64,000 nt of DNA from NCBI GenBank assembly GCA_964568665.1, contig CAZMPY010000005.1:742-64741 (forward strand), written 5' to 3'. Under the pieces are notes generated by a model. The model saw only the letters and a list, made by a program, of their open reading frames with translations. It did not search any database and was not told the DNA's origin. A program made the position numbers and the translations under genes. Shown here piece after piece: positions 48,075-57,064 of this stretch (the first letter of the stretch is position 1; every line of letters starts with the position of its first letter). The DNA is from an uncultured Thermoplasmata archaeon (GTDB taxonomy: Archaea; Thermoplasmatota; Thermoplasmata; UBA10834).

Positions 48075-49010
48075 CTAGGTGGACAGTATCTCCTGTCTTA
48101 GCGACTTGAGTTGGTTGTGTATCCGAACCGCCTCGACGTCGAAATCATCAGGAATCTTCTTCAACATCAATTTCTCTTCGGCGTTGGTCAGAACATGTTC
48201 ATCTGGGAACTCCATCTTCATGAGACTATTGCGATACTTGGCGTACAAGTCTAGCATATATTTCGTCTTCCTGACGATTGAATCTCGATACTTCTCAATG
48301 GTGAAATCAAACTTCCTCTCCATCATGTATATGTCGAGTATGTCACGAGGCTTGTACACAATCCTTGTCATCGCCGCCCTGCATTTCTCAGTGAATATCT
48401 CCCTCGAATCATAGCAAGGGAGGACGACTTCTCTGCAGTACTCGTCACATGGCTCTCTGAACACTGGCCTTAGACGCTCCAAGTCGAATCCGTCTACGTA
48501 GCTCTTCAGCGAAGTCTCTACAATAGGGAACTCTATCATGTCAACGAGATTCACCTGGACCTTGATCTTGACGGGGATCTCCAACACAACCGAGTTGTAT
48601 TTCAACCACAAGTCCAACATCTTGCCGCCACCGCGTACGTTCACGTCACCACCGTTAGCCAGGCCTTTTGACTTGTCTCCGGAAAATCCAAGTCCGAGAT
48701 TCAGCGAGATGTCTTTGAACTCCTTCAGATACCTGGAAATCTCGGCTGAGCACTGCTTTCCCCTGCCCGCCTTCCTGACCTGCTGCCAATTCGTATCCTG
48801 CCGTCTTGTGAAATCAACATCCTCGGAGAATCTGTAGTATCCTGTGTAGGCTTTGACCAGACAGGTGCCGCCCTTGAAGACAAGACAGTCATTGAGGAGC
48901 TTGTTCTGTGAGATGCTATGGAGGAGTCTGTGAAGGTGGTAGTCCTTCTCGATCACTTCTGTACTGACTGAACCACCGACCTTCCGCAGCCCACCAAAGA
49001 ACTCCTTCAT
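48075..49010 (-). CDS. abiEii: AbiEii/AbiGii-family nucleotidyltransferase toxin (type IV TA, DUF1814)
   Basis: EKDYHLHRLL...LVFKGGTCLVKAY...YRFSEDVDFT N-terminal signature. The start overlaps the upstream antitoxin stop (ATGA). Confidence 0.8.
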   Translation of the reverse strand: MKEFFGGLRKVGGSVSTEVIEKDYHLHRLLHSISQNKLLNDCLVFKGGTCLVKAYTGYYRFSEDVDFTRRQDTNWQQVRKAGRGKQCSAEISRYLKEFKDISLNLGLGFSGDKSKGLANGGDVNVRGGGKMLDLWLKYNSVVLEIPVKIKVQVNLVDMIEFPIVETSLKSYVDGFDLERLRPVFREPCDEYCREVVLPCYDSREIFTEKCRAAMTRIVYKPRDILDIYMMERKFDFTIEKYRDSIVRKTKYMLDLYAKYRNSLMKMEFPDEHVLTNAEEKLMLKKIPDDFDVEAVRIHNQLKSLRQEILST

Positions 49011-49648
49011 AACATCTTCCTCACGAGCTCCTGTATCTTCGCAGGATATTCCACAAGGTACTGACGCACTTTGGCATTCTCAAGCATCTTCTCGTATTCG
49101 ATGAATGGCGATATTGCGTTCCGCTCATCTCTGCTATCAAGATATCGTTTGTAGACCAGATCCAAGACTGTCTTCTCCTTGTCTGAAAACTTCAGCTCGT
49201 ATTCTCTCCTTATTCCTGACTGGAAATGGCTACCAGACCATTTGAGAAACTGGTACCTTGCATCTGCAATTCTGATGATTTTCGTCGTCCTGTAGGAATC
49301 AGTGATGATGTAGTTGACTGTGAAATACTCATGAGTGAGTCCGTTGATTCTGAGCGCGGTCTCCAAACCCAGGTACCAATGCTTAACTGACTTAAGAGCC
49401 AGTGCCTCTGCCACAATTCTGAGGACCGGACGATCCGGAGTCCCGGCATCTCGCTCATCTGGGGAGTTCACATAGAATATTCCCCGGAAGATCCTCACCA
49501 AGTAGTCATGCTCCAGCAGATACCTCAAGCTCCGGGTGTAATCCTTCCCCATGCTCTGCGAAATCTGCCGAACGTGCTCCGAGGTGACGACCTTGCTGCC
49601 GTCAACCCGCAACTTCCTCCAGATGAGCACGGAACTGGTTCGTGTCAC
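49007..49648 (-). CDS. abiEi: AbiEi-like antitoxin / transcriptional regulator
   Basis: Position and size match the cognate partner immediately upstream of AbiEii. N-terminal wHTH-like segment. The call rests mainly on gene context. Confidence 0.65.
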   Translation of the reverse strand: MTRTSSVLIWRKLRVDGSKVVTSEHVRQISQSMGKDYTRSLRYLLEHDYLVRIFRGIFYVNSPDERDAGTPDRPVLRIVAEALALKSVKHWYLGLETALRINGLTHEYFTVNYIITDSYRTTKIIRIADARYQFLKWSGSHFQSGIRREYELKFSDKEKTVLDLVYKRYLDSRDERNAISPFIEYEKMLENAKVRQYLVEYPAKIQELVRKML

Positions 49649-49815
49649 AATAGCCCACTAATTGGGATATTATGACTCAATGTACTTATAACATACCATC
49701 AAGACTCGGCAATTCGGTGCTAATGTCTACATTCAGGTTTGTATGCACCATACATACAGATACATAATAGCGCACACATACGCATACTAATGTATACTGA
49801 TATCGAAGGGAGAAG

Positions 49816-50070
49816 ATGAAGAATTCACAGGCAAGTTACAGATCACTTAGACTCAAAGACGATGAATACCAGAGGATCAAGGACCTCCAGAGATACCTCC
49901 GCAGAAAGGGAACAGACACAGTGGATTGGCAAGAACTCAGAAGGCAGAACATCATTGAATTGCCTGATGACAAGGTGGAAGACTCCATCGATGATCTGAC
50001 TATGGGATCCGTCGTTGGTCTCGGAGCTGCTGCTCTAGCATACCTGATCTGGAAAGGCACTCAGAGATAG
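49816..50070 (+). CDS. Hypothetical small protein with C-terminal TM helix
   Basis: GGGAGAAG upstream of the ATG. Charged N-terminal part plus the GSVVGLGAAALAYLIW helix. Confidence 0.45.
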   Translation: MKNSQASYRSLRLKDDEYQRIKDLQRYLRRKGTDTVDWQELRRQNIIELPDDKVEDSIDDLTMGSVVGLGAAALAYLIWKGTQR

Positions 50071-50373
50071 AATCGACCGGAGTCAGCGCCTTCCAACTCC
50101 GGAACAATCCACGAGAGGAGGAGCCCGGCATCGCGGACTCTGGAGCAACATGAGTTCGAAGACCAGATTGAGACTGGCGAACCGGATCGAGCATGACTGA
50201 CCATTGAATGTCCTGCAACCTGCATGTGACTATTGCCGACCGAAAGTCAAGTCTGCATCCCATTGCATGCAGAACGGTCAACAACATTCACGAGCGTCTC
50301 ATTCTCCCAGCCATGCTCGAAATCAACCTGAAACCTTCCTACATGTGACTTCAGCTGCTACTTCTAAGGGAAT

Positions 50374-51975
50374 TCAGTCTTTGAACTTCAAGTCAAAGAG
50401 CTTCTTCAGGACCTTCTCAGTCACCGATCTGAAATCATTCATGTCATCGTCAGAGATTCCAGCCGAAGCTCTCTCGTGAATGAGCTTGCATCTCCGGTCA
50501 TGGTAGTGGGTCATCTTCTTCCAGTCTGTATTACTGATGCTCACGTACTTCTTCACTTCATTTACCACTTGATGGCGATGTGAGAAGATATTCAGCAATT
50601 CCTTATCAGAATAGTACTGCCCAGATTCATTGACAAGATAATCCTTGAAAGCAATCTCCAGAGTGCTATCGAGAATGATCAAGCATATCCGATTCTTCTC
50701 TTCAATATCCTTTCTGGAGATGAGATCGACTGCTATTATCGAAGAAAGGTGTCCTTTTGCCCATGGCTTGTTCGAGATCACATTCTTGTTTGCCTCTCGC
50801 AGGTGTTCTCCACGACTATGCTTTGATCTCGGAAGCTCTGCATAGTAGTCCATGTTCGCAAGCGGAAATGAAGTGATCACCTCATGCCTAATCGCGCCGG
50901 CATTGTACGCAAACACCTTATTCGGCCATTGACGTGATGTCCTGCGAGAAAGAGAAGTCCAGTACTTCACGTTCTCTATGAGGAAACTCTGCAATCCAAC
51001 GAACACGGGATGACTTGTATTGATTCCAGATTTGCTGCTGTTCCAAGGCATGGCAATTGCCGGGCCGTTGAGATGGACGAATATTCTTGCAAGCGAGAGA
51101 GCTTGGTGCGGAACACCAGCTTGCCCCTTGGCAAAACCCACTGATATGTCCTTCAAAGCCCGCGCGACGAGTCTCCCGTTACAGTACAAATACAACCCAT
51201 ATTCGACCGTGCTTGAAGACTGTGAAAGACCAGCAGTGACTTGCACTTTGACCGTGTCACCTCTTGTTGTCTGGAGACTACCCACTTGCGTAACGGGCTC
51301 GAAGTCGGGAGGATATGCCCAATTTTCCAGGTCGATCGGTCTGAGCTGAACTCCATTTACCTTCACAGTCAGCTGCTTGTCATCAAGAAACAGGGCATAG
51401 GTGGTCGATAGGTGTTCTTTCAGCTGCTCAATCACTCCCACATTCAGAGCCTTTCTCAAGCTCTTGAGTTCGAGAATCGTATGACCTTCGTCGATGTCGT
51501 CGGTCTCGTAGTACGGGAGGTACCAGTCGTCATTCTTCAACCAAGATTCTTCCACTTCGATCAGGAAGGTCATCTTGCTTCTTCTCGGCCTCGTGATAAT
51601 CCTGGCATCTTGAGACAGTGCGACGATAGCTCGCTTGGTACCCACCCCAAAGTACCCTATCGACTCCATCTTTTCGTCTATCTTCGTGTATCCTGGGGCC
51701 ACAAGAAGACTCAAGTCGTCTTCATCGACCCCCCCAGCGTTGTCCTCGAATCTGATCATCTGCTGTGTCGTATCCAAAGCTATGTCCACAGATAGCTGAC
51801 GGGATTTGCCCTGAATCTGCCATATATCCAAGACGTTGTCCATCAGCTCGCAAATCGCGCGGTTCAAATCATAGTCTGCGATTATGGATTGAAAAAGACG
51901 TTTTGCGGGCACGGCGTCGAGCAGTCCACGCTCCTTCTTCATAGAACTCGCGCTCCTATACCTCGCCAATGGCAA
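50374..51975 (-). CDS. GHKL-superfamily ATPase (HATPase_c_3 / MORC-like N-terminus) with a large uncharacterised C-terminal region
   Basis: N-box ICELMDNVLDIW, G1 box FEDNAGGVDEDDL, G2 box GYFGVGTKRAIVAL. The ATG at 51942 is an alternative start. Confidence 0.7.
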   Translation of the reverse strand: MPLARYRSASSMKKERGLLDAVPAKRLFQSIIADYDLNRAICELMDNVLDIWQIQGKSRQLSVDIALDTTQQMIRFEDNAGGVDEDDLSLLVAPGYTKIDEKMESIGYFGVGTKRAIVALSQDARIITRPRRSKMTFLIEVEESWLKNDDWYLPYYETDDIDEGHTILELKSLRKALNVGVIEQLKEHLSTTYALFLDDKQLTVKVNGVQLRPIDLENWAYPPDFEPVTQVGSLQTTRGDTVKVQVTAGLSQSSSTVEYGLYLYCNGRLVARALKDISVGFAKGQAGVPHQALSLARIFVHLNGPAIAMPWNSSKSGINTSHPVFVGLQSFLIENVKYWTSLSRRTSRQWPNKVFAYNAGAIRHEVITSFPLANMDYYAELPRSKHSRGEHLREANKNVISNKPWAKGHLSSIIAVDLISRKDIEEKNRICLIILDSTLEIAFKDYLVNESGQYYSDKELLNIFSHRHQVVNEVKKYVSISNTDWKKMTHYHDRRCKLIHERASAGISDDDMNDFRSVTEKVLKKLFDLKFKD

Positions 51976-52355
51976 ACCACGTGGACCCGAAGCTCAGAGT
52001 CGTTCGTAGCCCCATTCCCCCTCTTACCGTAGCTGGGAGAGTAGTTAAGATGATTTCGGCACCTTGTTTTGAACCGTACATGTGATGCAGAAAATCCGTT
52101 ATGCGTGCCAGGCCAGTGCGTGAGGGGGCCTATGAAGGCTGCAATTCGAACCTGGCTCATTAGCCACCATCAATATGACTTCTGAGTTCATGTCCTGTCC
52201 CCTGCATTCCACCAACATGTGAACCCCCGAGTTCAAGCACATCCCCGCTCGCCTATAGTGGCAACGTCACGAATACCCGGCGTCCCCCACCCAGTCTTCA
52301 TTCTACGCCCAATCTTCGAGAATGGGTTTTCATACCGGGAGAAGCATGACGTGCC

Positions 52356-52790
52356 GTGACAGAGCCCATAGACATTCTCCTCGAAATGGCTTGGAGGAGG
52401 TATGATGAGTCTTGCCAAGAGCGAAGGGATCTGGGTGTAGCAACCGGTGTAATCCTCGCTGTGGATGGTGTGCTGCTGGGAATATGCTTCCAAATCCCGG
52501 ACTTGTCCGGCTGGGTCTTGTTCGCGATTGCAGCGATTCTAATCTCAACCATATTCGCGGTCCTAACCTTTGCGGGGCAGAGATACAACGTGACCGACAC
52601 GATTGCGATATGGAGGGAACTAAGCACCGAAGCAAAGACTAAGGACGACTTTCAAGCTCGAATAATCTCTGCTATCTGTGCAATTGAAAAAGCGAACACG
52701 GAAAAGACTCAGCGTCTGTGGTGTCCTCTAGGTCTCTCAATAGCGGAGTTGACGAGCGCGCTCATCTTTCTCGCGCTATCTCTTCTCTAG
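52356..52790 (+). CDS. Hypothetical 3-TM membrane protein
   Basis: N-terminal amphipathic helix, two adjacent TM helices, a soluble helical insert and a C-terminal TM helix. Divergent from the GHKL ATPase gene. Confidence 0.5.
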   Translation: MTEPIDILLEMAWRRYDESCQERRDLGVATGVILAVDGVLLGICFQIPDLSGWVLFAIAAILISTIFAVLTFAGQRYNVTDTIAIWRELSTEAKTKDDFQARIISAICAIEKANTEKTQRLWCPLGLSIAELTSALIFLALSLL

Positions 52791-53061
52791 CTCAATGAGC
52801 CTCTTCTTCTTCTCTTCCATTCCTTTTACAATCTCCCTTCCAAGGGACGCCTTTGGCGCAGGAGGAGGAGGCTCGATTAGAACCTGAACCTTGGCTCTCT
52901 TCTCGTCCGATTTCTCATCAGACATTTTCATCCACGCTCTACTTTGACAATGCACACAGAGTATTAGAAATGTTCATTGAGGCTGCTGAAACAAGAGGCG
53001 TCATGCTGTACAGTGCATCGTAAGCGCCGAACGCCTTCTCGTCCGCATGCCTAGCCTGAGA

Positions 53062-53484
53062 TCAACGCATCTTCTCTAGCTTCTGCCCAGCTCGGAAATA
53101 CTCGGAGGTGTGCCACTCGTCCTTGTCCTGCAGGTCCGTGGCCATCAACCCTCTACCCAATCCGATGATGAACGGTTTGTGTTTCTTCTTGCCACGAGCA
53201 ACGAGCAGCTCTCCCAGTGCCCCATGATGAAGCCACCTGACCGTCCACCATAAATCCCTCGACTGGGACGAGCATGCCTGATATTGGTTGACGAAGTACC
53301 GTCCGATGATCTGGCCTGCCTTTTGGCCAGCCGGTTCTTCAAACATGCCTAGAAGCTTGTTCCCCTTCACCAATGGCACAACTATTTCTCGGTATCTGCG
53401 TTCGAGCCACCTCACCATCTTCACGATGTCTCTAGAGGTGTAGATTTCAAGGAACTCCGTTGCATCAACAACGTCATCGAACAT
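53062..53484 (-). CDS. Hypothetical protein
   Basis: Last gene of a co-directional three-gene cassette. No motif recognised. Confidence 0.45.
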   Translation of the reverse strand: MFDDVVDATEFLEIYTSRDIVKMVRWLERRYREIVVPLVKGNKLLGMFEEPAGQKAGQIIGRYFVNQYQACSSQSRDLWWTVRWLHHGALGELLVARGKKKHKPFIIGLGRGLMATDLQDKDEWHTSEYFRAGQKLEKMR

Positions 53485-53541
53485 AGGCCCGCTCTTTCAG
53501 ATCTTGGTACACGCGCATCCTCGCCCTGACAACGATTGACC

Positions 53542-54276
53542 TCAACTGGAGGGACCCGCCCCGGGATTGCATTCTCCGTCGTCTTGATCCAGCTTCTCTT
53601 TCGGTATTCTGCACTCCAGTTGATTTCTGTGATAAGCCTCGAGCTCCTCGCAAAGTCTCTTATCTCTGAGCTTGATTCCAAACGTCACTGAAGGCACTTT
53701 TACCTCCGGGGCCGCGAAGCTCAGGAGAACCTCGTTCTTGTCGACGAGGAACATTTCGATGGCGGGGGGTGACGGTTCCCCATGTCGATGCTGGTGGTAA
53801 TTGTCAAGACCCGAGTATTGACGGCGAATCTGCTCGAAGCGCTTCCTCCATTCCTCGGTGTCCCGATGAAAGATAACCCGAATGAATCTTGACTTAGGGC
53901 TGTTCGTGAGAAAGCTGACGACGCACTTGTCCCACCTATTCTCCGTCATCGGCTGAGGAAGGAATGAGTTTACTGTTCTTATCACATGAGGTCGTTCCTT
54001 GTCGAGCCCATCCAGCATTCGTTCGAATTCGTTGTAGATGTCCTCGTTACTCTTTATCATCCTGATTCGCTCTGGCCCCGAAGGGAGCAAGCGACCTACC
54101 AGAATCACCACAATCGAGGCAATCAGCGACGCCCCAATCGCCAAGACTACGGTGAAGGCTTCGCTGTAGTCACGGATCAGAAAAGCGACGGCGACAAGCA
54201 GTAGACCCAAGAACGTGGCTGCGACCAACGGCCAGAAACCGCGGCTCTCCCTAATGTCGTCTTCCTTCATCCCCAT
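53542..54276 (-). CDS. Hypothetical protein with two N-terminal TM helices and a cytoplasmic domain
   Basis: WPLVAATFLGLLLVAVAFLI and VVLAIGASLIASIVVILVG helices. 6 nt downstream of the preceding gene. Confidence 0.5.
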   Translation of the reverse strand: MGMKEDDIRESRGFWPLVAATFLGLLLVAVAFLIRDYSEAFTVVLAIGASLIASIVVILVGRLLPSGPERIRMIKSNEDIYNEFERMLDGLDKERPHVIRTVNSFLPQPMTENRWDKCVVSFLTNSPKSRFIRVIFHRDTEEWRKRFEQIRRQYSGLDNYHQHRHGEPSPPAIEMFLVDKNEVLLSFAAPEVKVPSVTFGIKLRDKRLCEELEAYHRNQLECRIPKEKLDQDDGECNPGAGPSS

Positions 54277-54282
54277 TCCTCC

Positions 54283-54771
54283 CTAAGTCCTCCTGTTTAT
54301 GAAGCACCAGCTCCCTACCCCACGGGCGAGGCTCTCTGCGCTCCAGATTGCGTTCCCGCATATGCTGCATGATCCCGTTCCTACGCGCTCCCCTCTCCCC
54401 TGAGCTTCCGCATAGCAAGGAGAATCCATCAATCGCCTTGCTGCTCGAAGATCACCCCTTAGAATCCTAGCCCCCGCTCCGTAGTTCGCGTCACCTGTCA
54501 CGACTCCTGCTGCATGGCCCAGCGGGTCGCCCTCCGCGCTGGGCTCCGTGTGAGCGTAGACTTCAACTCTGTTTCCAGTCCTTACTACCTGGACATGTAT
54601 CCATCGGTTTCCTAAATCGGGTCGGTCGCGCACGTAGGTTTCTATTTCCCCCTCCTTCTTGAATCCTGGGACTATTCGCGGTCGGTATCCCGCGACCTCC
54701 AGGCGCCTCTTCACATCCGGATATTCTTGAATGTCTGTCGTCACGGCCGGCGTCTTTCCCTCAACCACCAT
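54283..54771 (-). CDS. Hypothetical protein with a C-terminal Cys cluster
   Basis: C-terminal SCSICGNAIWSAESLARGVGSWC. First gene of the cassette. Confidence 0.45.
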   Translation of the reverse strand: MVVEGKTPAVTTDIQEYPDVKRRLEVAGYRPRIVPGFKKEGEIETYVRDRPDLGNRWIHVQVVRTGNRVEVYAHTEPSAEGDPLGHAAGVVTGDANYGAGARILRGDLRAARRLMDSPCYAEAQGRGERVGTGSCSICGNAIWSAESLARGVGSWCFINRRT

Positions 54772-54902
54772 CGACTCCCTCCGAGTGCCGAGAGCATTGG
54801 AGGGATTTCAACCTGTCCCTCCACTATTGGATTCTGAGTCTTTGTGATGATAACTACGGGATCAGACTCAGACTTCAGAGTGATGGTATTGCACGTTGAG
54901 AG

Positions 54903-55154
54903 ATGGTCTCTGTCAGACCACCCCAAGGCTCTTGTGTAGCTGCGCAAATCCCGACGTGGCGGCCGGGCAGACTTGCCGTGTCGTTGCAGGAGGTGGACCC
55001 ATTGTTTGCGGCTGACGGACAGGTGATAGGTCTGAAGAAGAAGATTTGGAGGTATAAGGACATCGTCAGAAAACTCTTGAACGGGGAGCCTCTGACAGCG
55101 GACGAGAAGGACTTCGTGAGGAAAGGGGGCGTCATCCACGGGAGAGGGCGCTAG
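54903..55154 (+). CDS. Hypothetical small protein
   Basis: Only the C-terminal half (KKKIWRYKDIVRKLLNGEPLTADEKDFVRKGG) looks coding. It competes with an antisense ORF at 54741-55157. Confidence 0.25.
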   Translation: MVSVRPPQGSCVAAQIPTWRPGRLAVSLQEVDPLFAADGQVIGLKKKIWRYKDIVRKLLNGEPLTADEKDFVRKGGVIHGRGR

Positions 55155-55180
55155 CAATCAAGTTCTTGGTGGGCTTCCGC

Positions 55181-55206
55181 AGCGTTCGCATCCTGTTCCC
55201 TGCACA
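55181..55206 (+). repeat. Degenerate tRNA-Leu 3'-half copy (attR-type boundary between islands C1 and C2)
   Basis: AGCGTTCGCATCCTGTTCCCTGCACA matches CCGGTTCAAATCCGGCTCCCTGCACA at 19 of 26 positions. That includes a 12-nt run identical to the 45973 copy (GTTCCCTGCACA). Confidence 0.6.
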
Positions 55207-55460
55207 GACCGATCCTCACCCGCGTCGGAGAGTCCCAGGCCCTCATTCAGGGATACCTGAAGCTTGTGCAATACTTGTGGTCTGCACGCCGTCCGATGCA
55301 TAGGTAAGAATCCAATCAACGCGTTCAGCGGCTCTCGGATTCCGTCAAAGTCTAGAATAGAAGAGCGCATCCCACAGGCAGGCGGCCGCTTCCCAAAATC
55401 ATAAAGGGGTTCATCAAGTCAGAGAGGAGAGTCCACTGTCGGTCATGGAATGAGACGATC

Positions 55461-55521
55461 TGGCCCTCATGTTAATAAAGGGCCATCATCATACTCCTAG
55501 GGAGTTGGGCGAGCCCAACTC
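55461..55521 (+). promoter_or_regulatory. Promoter/operator region of the five-gene operon
   Basis: TATA-like TTAATAAA (55472-55479) is embraced by the inverted repeat TGGCCCT/AGGGCCA (55461-55467 and 55479-55485). It is followed by the perfect inverted repeat GAGTTGGGC-GA-GCCCAACTC (55502-55521), 24 nt before the ATG. Confidence 0.45.
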
Positions 55522-55544
55522 AGGTCATTCTGGGTGGAAGGGTC

Positions 55545-56627
55545 ATGGCCAAAGAGCGGACAAACACCGAGCATTTGGTGCGCGCTGAGGAGAACGTGTA
55601 CCGCATGGAGGTGCCAATTGACGGCGTCCCTGAGTTAGTCGAACTAAGGGATGTTCCGATCGACGATATCCTCCTGGATGAGGAGAATCCCAGGATTGGA
55701 TACTGGCATGACAATATTGCGCGGTATGTTGAATCCACCAATCAGAAGGATCTTGAATTAGCCATCAGAGCAGGCGGAATCGAAGAATACAATAGACTGA
55801 AACGAAGCATTGAGGCGGGCGGCGGCGCAACCGAGCTGATTTGGCTCATGAGAAGAGGAGACGGATACGTGTGCATCGATGGAAACACGAGAGTCATGAT
55901 ATATCGCGATCTCCGGGACAAGTACGCAAAGAAAGAGTGTTTCAAGAAGATTAAGGCAAGAATCCTACCCGAAGGGACCGACGAGCGCGCAAGGAATTTC
56001 ATCCGCTTGATTGCCCACCTACGTGCACAGAATGACTGGCAGGCATATGAAAGAGCCAGAATGCTTTACATCTTGTGGGAAAAGAAGGGATACACCATCG
56101 AAGAACTGCTCAACACGACAAAACTCAAGTTGAACGATATCAAGAGATGGATCCTGGCATACAAGATGATGAACGACCAATTCCTTCCAGTCTACGGCAG
56201 CAAACCCGAAGCCCTCATGAAGTTCTCATATTTCGTGGAATACGAATCAAAGCGGATAAAGGACGGAATGAAACGGCATAGTCTTGAGGATAAGGATTTC
56301 TGCGATTGGGTCGGTAACGATGAGATTACCAGGGCGCAAGATGTTAGAGATCTCAAGAACATATTCGACAACGAAAGAGCCAGCGAGATCCTTGTCGAGG
56401 AGGGGTTCCAGGCAGCACGGGAGGAACTCAGAGTCTCTGTGCCAGCATATGGTTCAAGGCTGTTTGAGCATATCGAGAAATGCATCGAGGGGCTCAGAAG
56501 CATGCCAAGAGAGGAAGAAAGGAGCATCATCACAGGAGAGGAACCGAAGAAGAAAGAGGATATCCGACTTCTGCATAAGGAACTCTCTGGCCTCATGGAT
56601 TTGATCGAGAAATTCGATAAGGGGTAG
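55545..56627 (+). CDS. ParB/Srx-fold N-terminal domain protein (ParB-like nuclease/NTPase domain), paralog 1
   Basis: VPIDDILLDEENPRIGYW (the I..L...NPR box) and YVCIDGNTRVMIYRDL (equivalent to the ParB GxRR box), with a helical C-terminal region. Confidence 0.7.
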   Translation: MAKERTNTEHLVRAEENVYRMEVPIDGVPELVELRDVPIDDILLDEENPRIGYWHDNIARYVESTNQKDLELAIRAGGIEEYNRLKRSIEAGGGATELIWLMRRGDGYVCIDGNTRVMIYRDLRDKYAKKECFKKIKARILPEGTDERARNFIRLIAHLRAQNDWQAYERARMLYILWEKKGYTIEELLNTTKLKLNDIKRWILAYKMMNDQFLPVYGSKPEALMKFSYFVEYESKRIKDGMKRHSLEDKDFCDWVGNDEITRAQDVRDLKNIFDNERASEILVEEGFQAAREELRVSVPAYGSRLFEHIEKCIEGLRSMPREEERSIITGEEPKKKEDIRLLHKELSGLMDLIEKFDKG

Positions 56628-56632
56628 GAATA

Positions 56633-57064
56633 TTGCCCTCGAACGCCCATAAGATGCTAGTGGACCTAATCGCGAGGAAGATGCAAGATAAGGGATATCT
56701 TCCAGTGGCATTTGACGGAAAGTATCTTGTCATTGAGGACGAAGTCATACACATTCCTCCGAGAATCGGAAGACATCGACCTGATGTGATCGGAATCAAA
56801 CCCTCGACGAAACGACTTTGCCTAGGAGAGGCAAAAACTCTCGATGATCTGAGAACTCAAAGGACTCGAGAACAATTCACTGACTATTCGAGGGTCATCG
56901 GACAGACATCTGGTGAGATCGCCGAGTTGATTATTGGCACTACAAGTGAGGCAGTAGACAGTCTGCATCAGATTCTCGCCGGGCTTGGAATGTGCGACAA
57001 CCCCAATGTCACGTATGTCATATTGCCTGAGGAGTTGGTGGATAATGGGCAAGGTAACCTTTGA
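56633..57064 (+). CDS. Small PD-(D/E)xK nuclease-fold protein (predicted)
   Basis: HRPDVIGI (Asp) and LCLGEAKT (Glu-x-Lys), spaced as in restriction-endonuclease-like folds. TTG start 5 nt after the previous stop; the ATG at 56654 is an alternative. Confidence 0.5.
   Translation: MPSNAHKMLVDLIARKMQDKGYLPVAFDGKYLVIEDEVIHIPPRIGRHRPDVIGIKPSTKRLCLGEAKTLDDLRTQRTREQFTDYSRVIGQTSGEIAELIIGTTSEAVDSLHQILAGLGMCDNPNVTYVILPEELVDNGQGNL

Larger units (their letters stand above)
45963..55206. mobile_element. Integrase-bearing genomic island C1 (about 9.2 kb)
   Basis: att copy plus tyrosine integrase at the left end, and a degenerate tRNA-Leu 3'-half copy at 55181-55206 at the right end. AT-richer by eye than the core genome. 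Cargo is defence-type. Confidence 0.7.

Noticed and set aside
52783-52932. 49-aa minus-strand micro-ORF (MKMSDEKSDEKRAKVQ...KKKRLIELEKR) after the 3-TM protein gene
   Set aside because: Low-complexity Lys/Glu-rich product with no recognisable start context. It overlaps the 3' end of the plus-strand gene. The evidence is insufficient.
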